DNA of 64,000 nucleotides. Source: Gemmatimonadota bacterium (GTDB lineage Bacteria > JBHIER01 > G020348925). The notes beneath the pieces were generated by a model, which saw only the letters and a program-made list of their open reading frames with translations, did no database searches and was not told the DNA's origin. How positions within the stretch are numbered: position 1 is the first letter of the stretch; each line of letters starts with the position of its first letter. A program made the translations under genes and the position numbers. The DNA is taken from assembly GCA_020348925.1 (NCBI GenBank), contig CP070758.1:3735688-3799687 (forward strand), written 5' to 3'. Positions 10,621 to 21,721 of this stretch are shown piece after piece.

Positions 10621-10732
10621 AGAGAAGGAGGGAGCTGCGATGTTTGCCGCTTCACCTTTCTTGTTACGATTGGCATGAAAGATTTGAATTTTAAGGTGTA
10701 TTACAGATGCTTGGTGCAAGAATGAGGACAGC

Positions 10733-11734
10733 TTATCGGTTTTCCCTGGCCATTTGGACCGCCAATTTTATGGCCTCGATCATACTGCCCTGGTCGGCGA
10801 TACCTTTTCCGGCTATGTCAAAGGCCGTGCCATGGTCGGGTGAGGTGCGGATAATGGGCAGGCCCAGGGTTACGTTCACACCCTTTCCGAAGGCGTCCAT
10901 CTTTACGGGGACGAGCCCCTGGTCGTGATACATGGCCAGGTAAGCGTCGTACGGCTCCTTTTTGAGCTGCGCAAAGAGGGTATCGGCCGGCACGGGTCCG
11001 GCCGCGGTCAGACCCAGGCTTTTCGCCCTTTGAATCGCCGGTTCGATGATCTCTATCTCTTCGCGCCCGAAGATACCACCATCGCCGGCATGGGGGTTTA
11101 ACCCACAGACGGCTATTCTGGGTTTTTTGAGACCGAAGTAGTCTTGCAACCAAGTGTTCAATATCGTCAATTTTGTGAGGACAGTTTCCTTTGTGATTTG
11201 AGGCGTGACATCGGAGAGACTGCAATGCGTGGTGACCAGAGCGACTCGCAAGTTCTCGGAGACCATCATCATGACGACCTCGGGCGTACGTGTGAGATCG
11301 GCCAGAAATTCGGTTTGGCCCGGATAGATGTATCCGGCGAGATGAAGGGCGTGCTTGGAAGTTGGCCCGGTCACGATGGCATCAACCTTTTCCTCCAGAG
11401 CAAGCTTGACCCCTTTCTGAACAGCCTGGGCTGATGCCTGTCCGGTCAATTTCGAATCATGTCCGAACTCGATGGCATTCACAGGACCGGAGATAGAATC
11501 AAGAACCGAAATTGTATGTGGATGAAAATCGATGTCCGTGGCGTTCTCACACCGTCTCACAGCAATGTCCGATCCTATCAGATCAACAGCCTTCTGTATG
11601 ATGAATGCCGATCCTACAATCAGAGGAGTGCACGCGTCGTTAACCTCCGATGTTGCCAGACTTTTAACAATAACCTCAGGACCTATGCCGGCAGGATCAC
11701 CCATTGTGATGGCAATAAGCGGTTTGTCTTTCAT
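10733..11734 (-). CDS. pdxA: 4-hydroxythreonine-4-phosphate dehydrogenase
   Basis: ITMGDPAGIGPE, LNPHAG, YHDQG, RTSPDHGTAFDIAG. Confidence 0.97.
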   Translation of the reverse strand: MKDKPLIAITMGDPAGIGPEVIVKSLATSEVNDACTPLIVGSAFIIQKAVDLIGSDIAVRRCENATDIDFHPHTISVLDSISGPVNAIEFGHDSKLTGQASAQAVQKGVKLALEEKVDAIVTGPTSKHALHLAGYIYPGQTEFLADLTRTPEVVMMMVSENLRVALVTTHCSLSDVTPQITKETVLTKLTILNTWLQDYFGLKKPRIAVCGLNPHAGDGGIFGREEIEIIEPAIQRAKSLGLTAAGPVPADTLFAQLKKEPYDAYLAMYHDQGLVPVKMDAFGKGVNVTLGLPIIRTSPDHGTAFDIAGKGIADQGSMIEAIKLAVQMARENR

Positions 11735-11790
11735 GATTTAAACGATGAAAATATTGACCGTGTATGAGTTGAAAAAATGTGAGTTTGCAC

Positions 11791-12063
11791 TCAAAAATCG
11801 AGCAATTTTTTGTGCTCGTCATGAATAATACGGTACAACTTCTTGGCTTCTTTCTTCGATACTTGTTTCGGGGGGATGTCGAGGATTTCCATCTCCAAGA
11901 ATCTGCTGTCTGAGTTCACACTGATGATGTCGCCGGGGCGAACGTCCTTGCTCGCTTTCACTGGCCGCCCGTTCACCGTTACGACGCCGAGATCGCAGGC
12001 TTTTTTCGCTTCGGTTCGGTGTTTCACCAGACAGGAGGTTTTGAGAAACTGGTCTACCCGCAC
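11791..12063 (-). CDS. S4 RNA-binding protein (Hsp15/YabO-like)
   Basis: 'RVDQFLK...LVK.R..AKKAC..G.V.VNG..VKAS..V.PGD' S4 motif. Confidence 0.9.
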   Translation of the reverse strand: MRVDQFLKTSCLVKHRTEAKKACDLGVVTVNGRPVKASKDVRPGDIISVNSDSRFLEMEILDIPPKQVSKKEAKKLYRIIHDEHKKLLDF

Positions 12064-12069
12064 ACGCGG

Positions 12070-13392
12070 TCAATCCTCCAATCGCACCTCAACGTACATT
12101 TTTTCCCGCAGGTTTCGCAACCAGGTCTGGAACTGATCCTGCACCTTATACTGTTTCGCCAGACCTTTGATGGCGTCCCAATCATTTTCGAGAGAGAGCG
12201 TTCCACCTTCTCTCCGTTCCAGGATTGTTATGAGATGATATCCGAAATCACTTTTAATGGGAGCGCTCACCTGGTCGACGTCGAGGGACTCGATCTCCGT
12301 CTTGAAAAGAGGTGGGATCTGAGCCACATAGAACCAGCCAAGTTCACCGCCCTTGGGGGCAGTTGTCGGGTCTTCCGAATATTCTCTGACGAGAGCGCCG
12401 AAGTCTTCACCCTGATCGATTCGTGCTTTGAGGTTTTCAATATCCTCTTTGGCCCGTTCTTCGTCTTCAAGACCGGTCTCCATCTTTATAAGGATATGTC
12501 GTACTCGTATTTCGTTTCCCCTCTTTTCTTCCAGTTTGATAATATGATACCCAAACTGTGTTTCAACGATTTGACTGACCTCTCCAACGTCCAGGGCAAA
12601 CGCTGCGCGCTCAAATTCTGGGACCATGGTCCCGGGCCCGAAGAAGCCGAGATCGCCCCCGACAGATGCGCTCGGGCCTTCTGAGTATTGCTCGGCCAAT
12701 TTTGCGAAGTCCGCCCCAGCTTTGGACTCATTCAAAATGTCCTGAATGCGTCCAAGGGCTTCACGCTTCACATCATCACCTGGTTTTGCCTCCAAAAGGA
12801 GGTGAGCAATGCGAACGGCTTCTTGCTGCTCAGGGAGGCTGTCTTTGTATGTTGCGTAAAATTCTTCGACTTCACGACGTGAAATGTCAATATCAGCGAT
12901 TTTAAGCTGCATCACTCTTTCGGCCAGGAGTTCGTTTCGAATCTCATCACGATACCGTTTTTTCAGATCCTTGAGTGTCAGGCCGTACCGCAGGAGCTCT
13001 TTGTTGAATGCCTCCTCCGAACCATATTGATCGATCATCTGTTGAATGCGGTTCTCTAAAGTCTGTTCGACCTCATTGTCTTTCACTTCAATCGTGTCCT
13101 CTGTGGCTTTTACGAGGAGTACTTTTTCGTCTATCATTCTATTGAGGAGTTCGGTCCTCAATTGCTCGATCTTCTCTCGGTCGTTCTGAGGATTCAACTC
13201 CAATTGAACGGCTGCCTGTTGAAGGGCCTCATTGAGATCGGAGAGAAGGATAATCTCTTCATCGATAATCGCAAGAATCCGATCAAGAACCTGTTGACTG
13301 TGAACAGGATACGAGCTCGAAAGCCAAACCAAGCAAAAGACGGATAGACCTATGAAAAACCGATTCAGCAAACTAACGTTTGATTTTAACAT
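12070..13392 (-). CDS. surA: SurA-family periplasmic chaperone/PPIase
   Basis: SurA N-domain (DRILAIIDEEIILLSD) plus two parvulin domains (GGDLGFF, FGYHII); beside pdxA; start taken at the internal ATG MLKSN. Confidence 0.85.
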   Translation of the reverse strand: MLKSNVSLLNRFFIGLSVFCLVWLSSSYPVHSQQVLDRILAIIDEEIILLSDLNEALQQAAVQLELNPQNDREKIEQLRTELLNRMIDEKVLLVKATEDTIEVKDNEVEQTLENRIQQMIDQYGSEEAFNKELLRYGLTLKDLKKRYRDEIRNELLAERVMQLKIADIDISRREVEEFYATYKDSLPEQQEAVRIAHLLLEAKPGDDVKREALGRIQDILNESKAGADFAKLAEQYSEGPSASVGGDLGFFGPGTMVPEFERAAFALDVGEVSQIVETQFGYHIIKLEEKRGNEIRVRHILIKMETGLEDEERAKEDIENLKARIDQGEDFGALVREYSEDPTTAPKGGELGWFYVAQIPPLFKTEIESLDVDQVSAPIKSDFGYHLITILERREGGTLSLENDWDAIKGLAKQYKVQDQFQTWLRNLREKMYVEVRLED

Positions 13393-14341
13393 TGTTGCTT
13401 GTCTCGTTTTGTGAGTCGATAAGATCCCAGTAGATTTCGATTTGTTCATGTTCTTTCAGTTCCTTCATCAACATATCAAAGGCATGACGCTGCTTGGAGG
13501 TAAAAATCTTATTGGCGATCTCGTCCCATACTTCATCAAGGGTCAGTGTCGTTCCTTCCTCCTGTATGGTCGTCACTTGAATGATGTGATATCCCCGTTC
13601 CGTTTGTACGGGTGGGGAAAATTCTCCAACTTCCATGGAAAAGGCGACTTCAGCTATGGCTGGATCCGCTTCGTTCCGGAAGAAGAGACCGAGGTCTCCG
13701 TCTGTGTCGATGGTCTCGGTGTCGAGAGTGTTCTCCCGAACAAGCTCTTCAAAAGGTTCTCCATTGACTAAACGATTTCTGATTTCCGTCGCTTTTTCGC
13801 GGGAATTCACAAGGATATGCCGGGCTCGAAGGCGCGGTTTGACCAGTATAAATTCATCACGATGCTGGAGATAATATTCCTCAATCTCGCTGTTGGTGAT
13901 GGCCATCTGACTGCCCACCCTTTTTTCCATCAGCTCTGCAGCCAAAAGCTCTTTTTCCATTTGCTCGATCACTCGTTTCAGACGGATATCCTGGTGAAGA
14001 TTTTCCCTGAGGGCTTGCCTGTAAAGGACCTCAGTGTCAATCCATTGACGGACAAATTCCCTTTTCGCCACGGCAGAGGCTCGTTCCTCTTCCGATGATG
14101 TGAGTGCTTCGATATCTTCCAGATATAAGGTTTGATTTCCTACCCTGGCTACCACAGTACCTTTCTTATTTTGCCCGGAGCATCCAATGATGATGGAGAG
14201 AAAGATAACGGTGAGCCAGAAATAACAATTGAAACGGTAGATTCTCCTTGTCTTGCCCTCACAGGGGAGCGTTGAGCGGTTGCAACCTGAAAAATCTCTC
14301 ATCGGTTTCCTTGCGAACTTTTTTTTGTGCGGCATGCTCAT
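13373..14341 (-). CDS. PpiC/PrsA-type peptidyl-prolyl isomerase lipoprotein
   Basis: Lipobox IIGC, VARVG, RARHILV, GDLGLF, GYHII; true start may be downstream. Confidence 0.9.
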   Translation of the reverse strand: MSMPHKKKFARKPMRDFSGCNRSTLPCEGKTRRIYRFNCYFWLTVIFLSIIIGCSGQNKKGTVVARVGNQTLYLEDIEALTSSEEERASAVAKREFVRQWIDTEVLYRQALRENLHQDIRLKRVIEQMEKELLAAELMEKRVGSQMAITNSEIEEYYLQHRDEFILVKPRLRARHILVNSREKATEIRNRLVNGEPFEELVRENTLDTETIDTDGDLGLFFRNEADPAIAEVAFSMEVGEFSPPVQTERGYHIIQVTTIQEEGTTLTLDEVWDEIANKIFTSKQRHAFDMLMKELKEHEQIEIYWDLIDSQNETSNNVKIKR

Positions 14342-14409
14342 CGAAGGGACAGTTATTTCTGAGGCCGTTTCCTCCTGGTCGCGTCGGAGCTATGGCGTCG
14401 AAGGTGCCT

Positions 14410-16125
14410 TTAACTTTTATCTTGTTCGCTCGGTTGCTCCTCAGCGACGTTCATTATGAGAATCTGAAAGTTGATGTCAACATCTGCTCTTTCCCTGAGT
14501 GAAGTCATAACATCATCAAAGGCTGTTTTCTTTTTCTCAGTTTCCAGATCCCTTCTGATCGTGGATTTCACCTCATCGAAGGTCTTCGTGCGAGCTGCCT
14601 GTTTATCAGTCACTTTGAAAATGGAGTATCCGTTCGTGACTTTGATCGGACCACCAAATTGTCCAACGTCCAGGGCGAACGCTTCTTTTCCGATGGGACC
14701 GTACTGGTTTTCTGTGAACAAGCCGAATTCTCCCCCCCGCTCTGCCGCCCATTTTCTTTCGGAATACTGCTTGGCCAAGGAGGCTATATCCGAACCACTC
14801 TTCATTCGCTTGAGTAAATTTTCAGCAACGGTTTTGTCTTTGACTAATATTTCTTGGATGTTCACTTTCTCCGGATCCACATAGTCTTCCTTGTGCTGAT
14901 CAAAATGGGTTTTTACATCTTCGTCTGTTATAATCACGTTCTGTTCAATGTTCTTATTGAACTCCTTGACCATGAGCTGTTCTTGTTGCTCCTGGATCTT
15001 TTTCTTTATATGGGGTTCGTTCTGCAAATTCAAGGCCTTTGCTTTCTCGACAAGGAAATCATTGACGAGCTTTCCTTCGATATGTCGCTGTAAGCTGGCG
15101 ACATCTGTTGCTCTCGCTTTGGCTTTGGGGGGTAGCTCCTTCTCCCACTCCATATAGTCTGAGATTGTGAACGCACCACCATCGTATCGAGCGAGAACTG
15201 TCGATTTCTCAGACTCTGTCAATGGTGCAGCGTTGAGATCCCCTTCTTTCTTTTTTTCGCTGAGAAAGGTCAAGGCTTGCTGCTCGAAGCTGAGACTTTT
15301 CTCGTTCTTTAAATTTTCTATGTACTCATCGGCTTTCTTTCGAAGCTCATTCTTCTTTTGACCCATCAATTTATTGCGGATCGTCTCTTTCATTTGATCG
15401 TAGCTGCCTCGTTCGGCCTCCCGCTGTGCCTCAACCTTAATGATATGGTATCCAAATCGGGTTTCGACGACATCGGAAATCTGACCCGGTTTGAGGGTGA
15501 AGGCCACACGTTGGAATGCATCGTCCCACGCGCCCCATTCGACGAATCCTAAATCGCCCATGTTTCTCGCACTCGTAGGATCCTCTGAGTGCTCCATGGC
15601 CACTTTGCCGAAATTTTCGCCTTTCTCTTTTATCACGATCAGAAGGGAATCGATCTTGGCTCTGGCCTTTTGGCGTTCCTCGGGTGATGCATTCGGTGGA
15701 GCCTTTATGAGAATAAGACTTGCCTTCACTTCTTTGTTCGAATGATCGTAAAATTCTCGAATCTCAGAGTCGCTCACAATGTTTTCCACAATCTCTTTCA
15801 TATACAGAGATTGCAAAATCAGACCTTTTTCCGTTTGTTCAACCTGAGTCAAGACGTCCTCGCTTTTATTCAAGTCCTGCCTGTACGATTCTTGAATGAT
15901 CAACTTTTTTTGGATGATCGATTCCAGGTACTCTCTCTTTGCTGCGGAGTCGTCCTGGGCGCGGCGATACTGAGGCGATTTTATGTATCCTTCTTTGAAT
16001 TCTCCCCACGTGATCTTTTCACCACCCACTTTCGCCACAATCATGCCCTCTTGTTTTGAGCAACCGACCTGGAGGATGATGAAAGAGGTCAGAATTGCGC
16101 ACACACACTGAATTGTTTTTCTCAT
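14410..16125 (-). CDS. Peptidyl-prolyl isomerase lipoprotein with two parvulin domains
   Basis: Lipobox QVGC; GDLGFV/FGYHII and GGEFGLF/GYSIF; AAGGAG RBS. Confidence 0.9.
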   Translation of the reverse strand: MRKTIQCVCAILTSFIILQVGCSKQEGMIVAKVGGEKITWGEFKEGYIKSPQYRRAQDDSAAKREYLESIIQKKLIIQESYRQDLNKSEDVLTQVEQTEKGLILQSLYMKEIVENIVSDSEIREFYDHSNKEVKASLILIKAPPNASPEERQKARAKIDSLLIVIKEKGENFGKVAMEHSEDPTSARNMGDLGFVEWGAWDDAFQRVAFTLKPGQISDVVETRFGYHIIKVEAQREAERGSYDQMKETIRNKLMGQKKNELRKKADEYIENLKNEKSLSFEQQALTFLSEKKKEGDLNAAPLTESEKSTVLARYDGGAFTISDYMEWEKELPPKAKARATDVASLQRHIEGKLVNDFLVEKAKALNLQNEPHIKKKIQEQQEQLMVKEFNKNIEQNVIITDEDVKTHFDQHKEDYVDPEKVNIQEILVKDKTVAENLLKRMKSGSDIASLAKQYSERKWAAERGGEFGLFTENQYGPIGKEAFALDVGQFGGPIKVTNGYSIFKVTDKQAARTKTFDEVKSTIRRDLETEKKKTAFDDVMTSLRERADVDINFQILIMNVAEEQPSEQDKS

Positions 16126-16189
16126 GGCCTTCTCCTTTCTTCGGTAGTGTGTTCAACGGTTTAAAAGTAACTATTCATAATATAAGACC

Positions 16190-19100
16190 TTACAGTAGAT
16201 GAAGCAAGATGTTTTTGATCAGGCTGAGCACTTCTTCGTCATTGTGAGCCGCCACGCTGGCTTTGGCGATCAAGAGTTTTTCTGCTTGGAACTCAAAGGG
16301 TACCGATGATTTGGAGATGAGCTTCTTGATCACATTTTGGTGTGAATCATACCCCGGGTAGAATTCAAGCCGCAAGAGATGATCGGAGAGAACAATTCTT
16401 CCCGCCCCCACTTGCCGGGCGAGAAGTTTCACAGCAATAACGGACAGAAGTGACTGGACCGGTTTGGGAGGTGTTCCGAAGCGATCCGTCAGCTCCTCTT
16501 CCAAATCCCTGATTTCCTCTGTGTCACTTATTTTTGCCAACCTCTGGTAGAGCATCATTTTTTGGTCACCGTCCGGTACGTATTTGTCTGGGATGAAAGC
16601 GGAAACTGAAATTTCAATCTTCGGATCCGGTGTCTCCTCGGGGGATTTGCCCTGCGCTTCCATCACAGCATCGGCCAACAATTTGCAGTAGAGATCGAAC
16701 CCGACGGCGGCCAGAAATCCGTGTTGTTGCGGGCCGAGGATATTTCCCGCGCCTCGAATCTCGAGATCCCTCATGGCCAGCTGAAAGCCAGAGCCCAATT
16801 CGGTGAATTCCTCCAGAGCCCGCAAACGCTGGCGTGCTGTTCGCGTGAGGCTTCGGAAGGGCGGAATCAGCAGGTAGGCATAGGCCATTTTGTCGGACCG
16901 TCCGACTCTCCCGCGGAGTTGATAGAGCTGCGCCAGTCCGAAACGGTCGGCTCGATTGATAATAATCGTATTCACATTCGGGATGTCCAGGCCGGCCTCG
17001 ATGATCATCGTCGAGACGAGACAGTTAAATCGTCCTTCGAGAAAATCGATCATGACTCGTTCCAGATGTTTTTCATCCATCTGACCGTGCGCAATACGCA
17101 CCGAGACTTCGGGGACGACTCTTTCCAACAGGCTGGCCATCGCTCGAATGGATTGGACGCGGTTGTGAACGAAGTAGATCTGACCACCACGATCGACTTC
17201 CCGCAAAATGGCTCCCCTGATGAGGGCTTCGTCAAACTGGGAAATTTCCGTATGAATAGGCAGCCGCTCCTTCGGGGCCGTATGAATGATCGACATGTCC
17301 CTGGCTCCCATGAGGGACATGTGCAGGGTTCGGGGTATGGGTGTAGCGGTCAGAGTCATAACATCCACAAGCGTTCTCAATTTCTTGAGGCGCTCCTTAT
17401 GGGTGACCCCAAATCGGTGTTCTTCATCAACGATCACCAAACCGAGATCTTTGAATCCAATGTCCTTTTGGAGGAGCCTATGGGTGCCGATGACAATATC
17501 GACAGTCCCATTTTTGAGATTCCGCAGGATCTCCTTTTGCTCACTTCGGGTCTTAAATCGGCTGAGCATTTCGATCCGAAGGGGATAATCCCCGAACCGG
17601 TCGAGGAACGTTTTGAGATGCTGTTGGGCCAAAATAGTCGTCGGGACCAGAACACAGACCTGTTTGGCGTCCATGACCGCTTTGAAGGCGGCACGAATGG
17701 CCACCTCGGTCTTTCCGTAACCGACATCTCCACAGATGAGCCTGTCCATTGGTGCAGGATGCTCCATGTCCTGTTTTACCTCATTGGTGGCTTTCAACTG
17801 ATCAGGAGTCTCCTCGTATGGAAAAGCGGCTTCCAATTCCATCTGCCATTCTGTATCCACCTGGAAGGCATGGCCCGTTTGTGTCTTGCGGGTGGCACCG
17901 ATCCGAATGAGGTCTGCAGCCATGTCGGCAATGGCCTTTTTCGTCTTCTCCTTGGTGCGGTCCCATTGCATGCCACCGAGCTTACTCAGGGTCGGGACGG
18001 TTCCCTCTGTTCCGACGTATTTTTGGACTCTCTGCAACTGATCTATGGGGACAAAGAGACGATCATTGCTGTGGTAGGTGATGGCCAGACATTCCCGTTC
18101 TTTTCCCCGGGCAGTGATGCGCTCCAAACCCTCGAATCGACCGATACCGTAGTCGATGTGGACGACGAAATCGCCGTTGCGGAGTGTCGCATAGTCCCTG
18201 AGAGGTGTTCCGCTTTCATACTTTGGGAGATGGTGGGGGAGCCGCTGCCGGAGGAACACCTCGTGATCGGTGTACACGGCTAATTGTGCGTCGGGAAGGA
18301 GAAAACCGTGATGGATATGACCGACGATGAAGTGGATGTTTCCCTTGAGATCCTCGACCAGCTCCTCGAGGCGCTCCGCTTGAATACGACTGTCGCAAAT
18401 GAGAAAAGAGCGGTAATTGTTTTTCAGTAATCGAAGGAGGCCCTCTCGAAGGAGTTTGAGGTTTCTGTGAAAGGATTCTTGGCTTTTGGCACCGATATCG
18501 ATGACCTCTTTCCCCTTTGCCGATAATGATGAATGGCTGAGGACTGAGTATGAACGGTATTGGTTCTCCAAGTCCTCGATCCGACTTAGAAAGCCTGAGG
18601 ATTTGAGCCGGTCATGGGCAGAATCGTATTGATGGAGTTGTATCTGGATTTGTTCCGAGATGTGTTGAGCCTGATCATGAATGAGACTTGGCTCTTCCAG
18701 AAAAAGAATGGTGTCCCCCGGAAGATATTGAAAAAGCGTGCAGCTTTCATCTGCCGATGATACTTCCCCGACATCGTGGGTTTCGTAGCAGGGCAGGATG
18801 GTGGCGCTCTGCTGCTGACTCGTTGATCGTTGCGTCTGGATGTCAAAGAATCTGATGGATTCGATGCTCTCGCCGAAAAAGTCAAGTCGCAGAGGTGCCT
18901 TTGAGGCGAAGGAAAAGAGATCGATGATGCCTCCTCTGACACTGAATTGTCCCACAGTCTCCACGAGGGGCTGCCGTTCAAATCCAAGTTCGACGAGTTT
19001 GGACACGAACCGGTCGAAGGCGACGGTTTGACCGACGTGAAGTTCGAGTAAAAGCGATGAGAACGTTGCCGGCGAGAACACTTTTTCAAGAACAGCTTTG

Positions 19101-19483
19101 ATAGGGGCTACGACGATGAGGGTGCGTTGGGCGGTTACATCAGCCAAAGTTTCGAGACGCGATCCCAGCGTTTCAGCGGTCGGCGCTTTGCCTTCAAAGG
19201 GGTGGACATCCCGTGAAGGATAGTAGCGCACCGATCCCCGACCAATGAAGCTTTCGAGATCATCTCTGATCTCCTCTGCCTCTTGGGTGGTGCTGGTGAG
19301 GATCATGAGCGGGCGCGATAGCGCCTGAAAGAGATGGGTCAGAAGAAGCGACTTCGAAGAACCGTGCAGTCCGGTGAGTGCAATCTTTTTCGGCCCTTCT
19401 TGGAGTTTTTGAGTGAGTTCGACAAAAGAGGCCGACTCTTTTGCCAATTCTCCGATTTCACGCAGCGGTGGACGAACATTCAT
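16190..19483 (-). CDS. mfd: Transcription-repair coupling factor
   Basis: UvrB-like N-terminus, CarD/TRCF RID (GDFVVHIDYGIG), GDVGYGKT, DEEHRFG, QLRGRVGR, TRCF C-terminus; start uncertain (ORF extends to 19540). Confidence 0.97.
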   Translation of the reverse strand: MNVRPPLREIGELAKESASFVELTQKLQEGPKKIALTGLHGSSKSLLLTHLFQALSRPLMILTSTTQEAEEIRDDLESFIGRGSVRYYPSRDVHPFEGKAPTAETLGSRLETLADVTAQRTLIVVAPIKAVLEKVFSPATFSSLLLELHVGQTVAFDRFVSKLVELGFERQPLVETVGQFSVRGGIIDLFSFASKAPLRLDFFGESIESIRFFDIQTQRSTSQQQSATILPCYETHDVGEVSSADESCTLFQYLPGDTILFLEEPSLIHDQAQHISEQIQIQLHQYDSAHDRLKSSGFLSRIEDLENQYRSYSVLSHSSLSAKGKEVIDIGAKSQESFHRNLKLLREGLLRLLKNNYRSFLICDSRIQAERLEELVEDLKGNIHFIVGHIHHGFLLPDAQLAVYTDHEVFLRQRLPHHLPKYESGTPLRDYATLRNGDFVVHIDYGIGRFEGLERITARGKERECLAITYHSNDRLFVPIDQLQRVQKYVGTEGTVPTLSKLGGMQWDRTKEKTKKAIADMAADLIRIGATRKTQTGHAFQVDTEWQMELEAAFPYEETPDQLKATNEVKQDMEHPAPMDRLICGDVGYGKTEVAIRAAFKAVMDAKQVCVLVPTTILAQQHLKTFLDRFGDYPLRIEMLSRFKTRSEQKEILRNLKNGTVDIVIGTHRLLQKDIGFKDLGLVIVDEEHRFGVTHKERLKKLRTLVDVMTLTATPIPRTLHMSLMGARDMSIIHTAPKERLPIHTEISQFDEALIRGAILREVDRGGQIYFVHNRVQSIRAMASLLERVVPEVSVRIAHGQMDEKHLERVMIDFLEGRFNCLVSTMIIEAGLDIPNVNTIIINRADRFGLAQLYQLRGRVGRSDKMAYAYLLIPPFRSLTRTARQRLRALEEFTELGSGFQLAMRDLEIRGAGNILGPQQHGFLAAVGFDLYCKLLADAVMEAQGKSPEETPDPKIEISVSAFIPDKYVPDGDQKMMLYQRLAKISDTEEIRDLEEELTDRFGTPPKPVQSLLSVIAVKLLARQVGAGRIVLSDHLLRLEFYPGYDSHQNVIKKLISKSSVPFEFQAEKLLIAKASVAAHNDEEVLSLIKNILLHLL

Positions 19484-19586
19484 GTGCGTATTTTTCTCTT
19501 GCATGAGGGATGAAGGGATCCGCGTATTGAAAGTGTTCACTGTTGAGAAGATCTCCTCACGAGGATGCAGGTGTTCGACGGATGAT

Positions 19587-20516
19587 TTATTGAAACGTCA
19601 GTTGTATTGGGGTGGGTATGAAACACAGGATAAAGATAATGAGAGTGATCAGACCGACTATTTTTCTCTTGGAATCCAAAGGGGTACGATCATCAGTTGG
19701 GGGCGGATGTTTCAAACCGACTATGGCTCCAAACATGATCCATACAAACCATCCGGGCCAGAGAAAAAAGCCCATGGGGACCAGACCTAAGAAGAATATG
19801 CCCGACAGGTACCTGTGGTTGTTTCCTAAGAGGGCATAGGCGATAGGGCCGCCGTCAAATTGGCCGATCGGTATGAGATTGAGAACGGTCACGAAGAGAC
19901 CGAGCCAGCCGGCAAAGGCGATGGGGTGGAGGAGAATATCGTGGTTCGCCGCCACAGGACCGACGGCGATCTTGGACAAAAAAGAGAAGAGCAATGATTC
20001 TCCCAGCTGGAGGGAGCCCGCCCCTATTTCACCGACATCGACAACCCTGGACAATTTCAATCCGATCAGGATGATCACAACCGAGACGACAAATCCGCTG
20101 AGAGGACCTGCGGCCCCTATGTCCATGAGCCCTTTTCTGTCGAAAATTCGCGACTTAATCTTTATGAACGCTCCAAGAGTACCCAGAAAGAAGGGAGGAG
20201 GGACCGGTATGAAGTAGGGCAGTGTTGTTTTTACTCCGCAGCGTTTGGAGGCGAAGTAATGACCCATTTCGTGGATCCCCAGTATGAAGATGAGGGAAAA
20301 GGAGAAGGGGATACCCCGATAGAGCAGCCTTGGATCAGTCAAAGGATTGTAACCGGCCATGAGTGTCCCGGCGAAAAGGGTTGTCACCACGGTCGCCAGG
20401 AACAGAATGAGATTGAGTCTGTATCTCGGTTTCCGGGGTCCAGTGCCTGTAATTGTGACACTCTCGGGGTCAAAACTGCTCGCCCAACTTTCCCAGTGTC
20501 GATGCTGTTCGTCCAT
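19587..20516 (-). CDS. Site-2 protease (M50 family)
   Basis: HEMGH, GAAGP, NLIP...DGG, multiple TM segments. Confidence 0.93.
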   Translation of the reverse strand: MDEQHRHWESWASSFDPESVTITGTGPRKPRYRLNLILFLATVVTTLFAGTLMAGYNPLTDPRLLYRGIPFSFSLIFILGIHEMGHYFASKRCGVKTTLPYFIPVPPPFFLGTLGAFIKIKSRIFDRKGLMDIGAAGPLSGFVVSVVIILIGLKLSRVVDVGEIGAGSLQLGESLLFSFLSKIAVGPVAANHDILLHPIAFAGWLGLFVTVLNLIPIGQFDGGPIAYALLGNNHRYLSGIFFLGLVPMGFFLWPGWFVWIMFGAIVGLKHPPPTDDRTPLDSKRKIVGLITLIIFILCFIPTPIQLTFQ

Positions 20517-20938
20517 AAATTCTCTGTCCTCTTCAGCAAAGAACGTCTAACCACATAAGAGCTATCAAGATACAATAAAGAAACATTTCAATCAAGAACT
20601 TTCTTGGGGGGGAATGTTCTTCTATTGGGCTTTTCCTTATTTTTTTTGCAGATCGTTCTATTTCTGACAGTGGTGCGAGGCCTTCTCTCATTGTCCTCGG
20701 GATCTCGGCTCGGCCCACCCTTACATGGAACATATTACATTTGACGGTCTTATAGGGGGGAGGTTCCCAGGAAAAATGCGGACACCTCGATGCCTGTGAG
20801 GTCTTTTAAGCGGCAGTGGATGATGGTTCTTCAAAATGAGGTAAGACCAACAGCCAAAACTTTTAAATTCACCTCGCAATGACAGGTAGCGACGTATCGT
20901 TCCCATACCCTCTTCGCTTTACCCTTGTCTCAGCGCTT

Positions 20939-21481
20939 CTATTTTAGCAATTCCCTGTATCTCTGCCAATGGTACGAGGATTTTTCGCTGTCTTTAAGAT
21001 CTCGATACATGGCTCCCAAATTGTAATGGGCCTCAGCACATTTCGGATCGAGGCGGACGGCCTCCAAAAATGCATCCAGAGCCTTCTCCTTCTCCCCTTT
21101 TTGGTAGTACGTCAATCCCAAGCTGTTGTATGCTGTTGCGGCGAGAGAATCAAGTTGTATAGCCTTGTGTAAGGCACGGATTGCCTCGTCGTATTTGTCC
21201 AACTTTCTCAGGGCGACACCGAGTTCGTGATACGCTTCAAAAGAGGTCGAATCGATCTCGGTTGCTTTCTGAAACTCATCGACCGCTTGTTTCAGCATCT
21301 CTCGAGCAATATAGACCTTACCCAGACCGAGACGGGCTGCAATATTCTTGGGATCCTCTCTCAGTTGTTTTTTATACTTGACAGTCAGTTTCTTCGAATC
21401 TGGCGGTTGATCTTTTCGACAGGCTCCTATGAATAGGAGCGCGATTACAATTGTATATGTCGTCAGAAGTTTTCCGAACAT
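20939..21481 (-). CDS. TPR-repeat lipoprotein
   Basis: Lipobox FIGAC after MFGKLL; four TPR repeats (A...LG..Y). Confidence 0.85.
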   Translation of the reverse strand: MFGKLLTTYTIVIALLFIGACRKDQPPDSKKLTVKYKKQLREDPKNIAARLGLGKVYIAREMLKQAVDEFQKATEIDSTSFEAYHELGVALRKLDKYDEAIRALHKAIQLDSLAATAYNSLGLTYYQKGEKEKALDAFLEAVRLDPKCAEAHYNLGAMYRDLKDSEKSSYHWQRYRELLK

Positions 21482-21588
21482 TTTTTCACACTCTTGTTTT
21501 TCGACCTCATCTCTATAAGAGAGATACTCTTCTGGTCGTTGCACAAACAGTTGACGGTTCGATCCTCCCGAGGTTCCAAAGAAATATG

Positions 21589-21617
21589 TTGACACATAGA
21601 CTTAGCGGTGTTATTAT
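21589..21617 (+). promoter_or_regulatory. sigma70 promoter of the MFS gene
   Basis: TTGACA-17 nt-TATTAT with extended -10 TG. Confidence 0.6.
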
Positions 21618-21721
21618 TGCATCTTCGAAGGACAGAGGGATGTTGTTCGTTGGCTTTGTGACGAAAGAACGAAGGGAATATATCAGGATTAATACCCTAA
21701 TTCATCGGGTTACTTCTAACA

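Noticed and set aside
16721-18283. Long antisense ORFs (also 35858..37267, 46922..49075, 49896..51461)
   Set aside because: They lie opposite well-supported genes and have no recognisable motifs; typical shadow ORFs.
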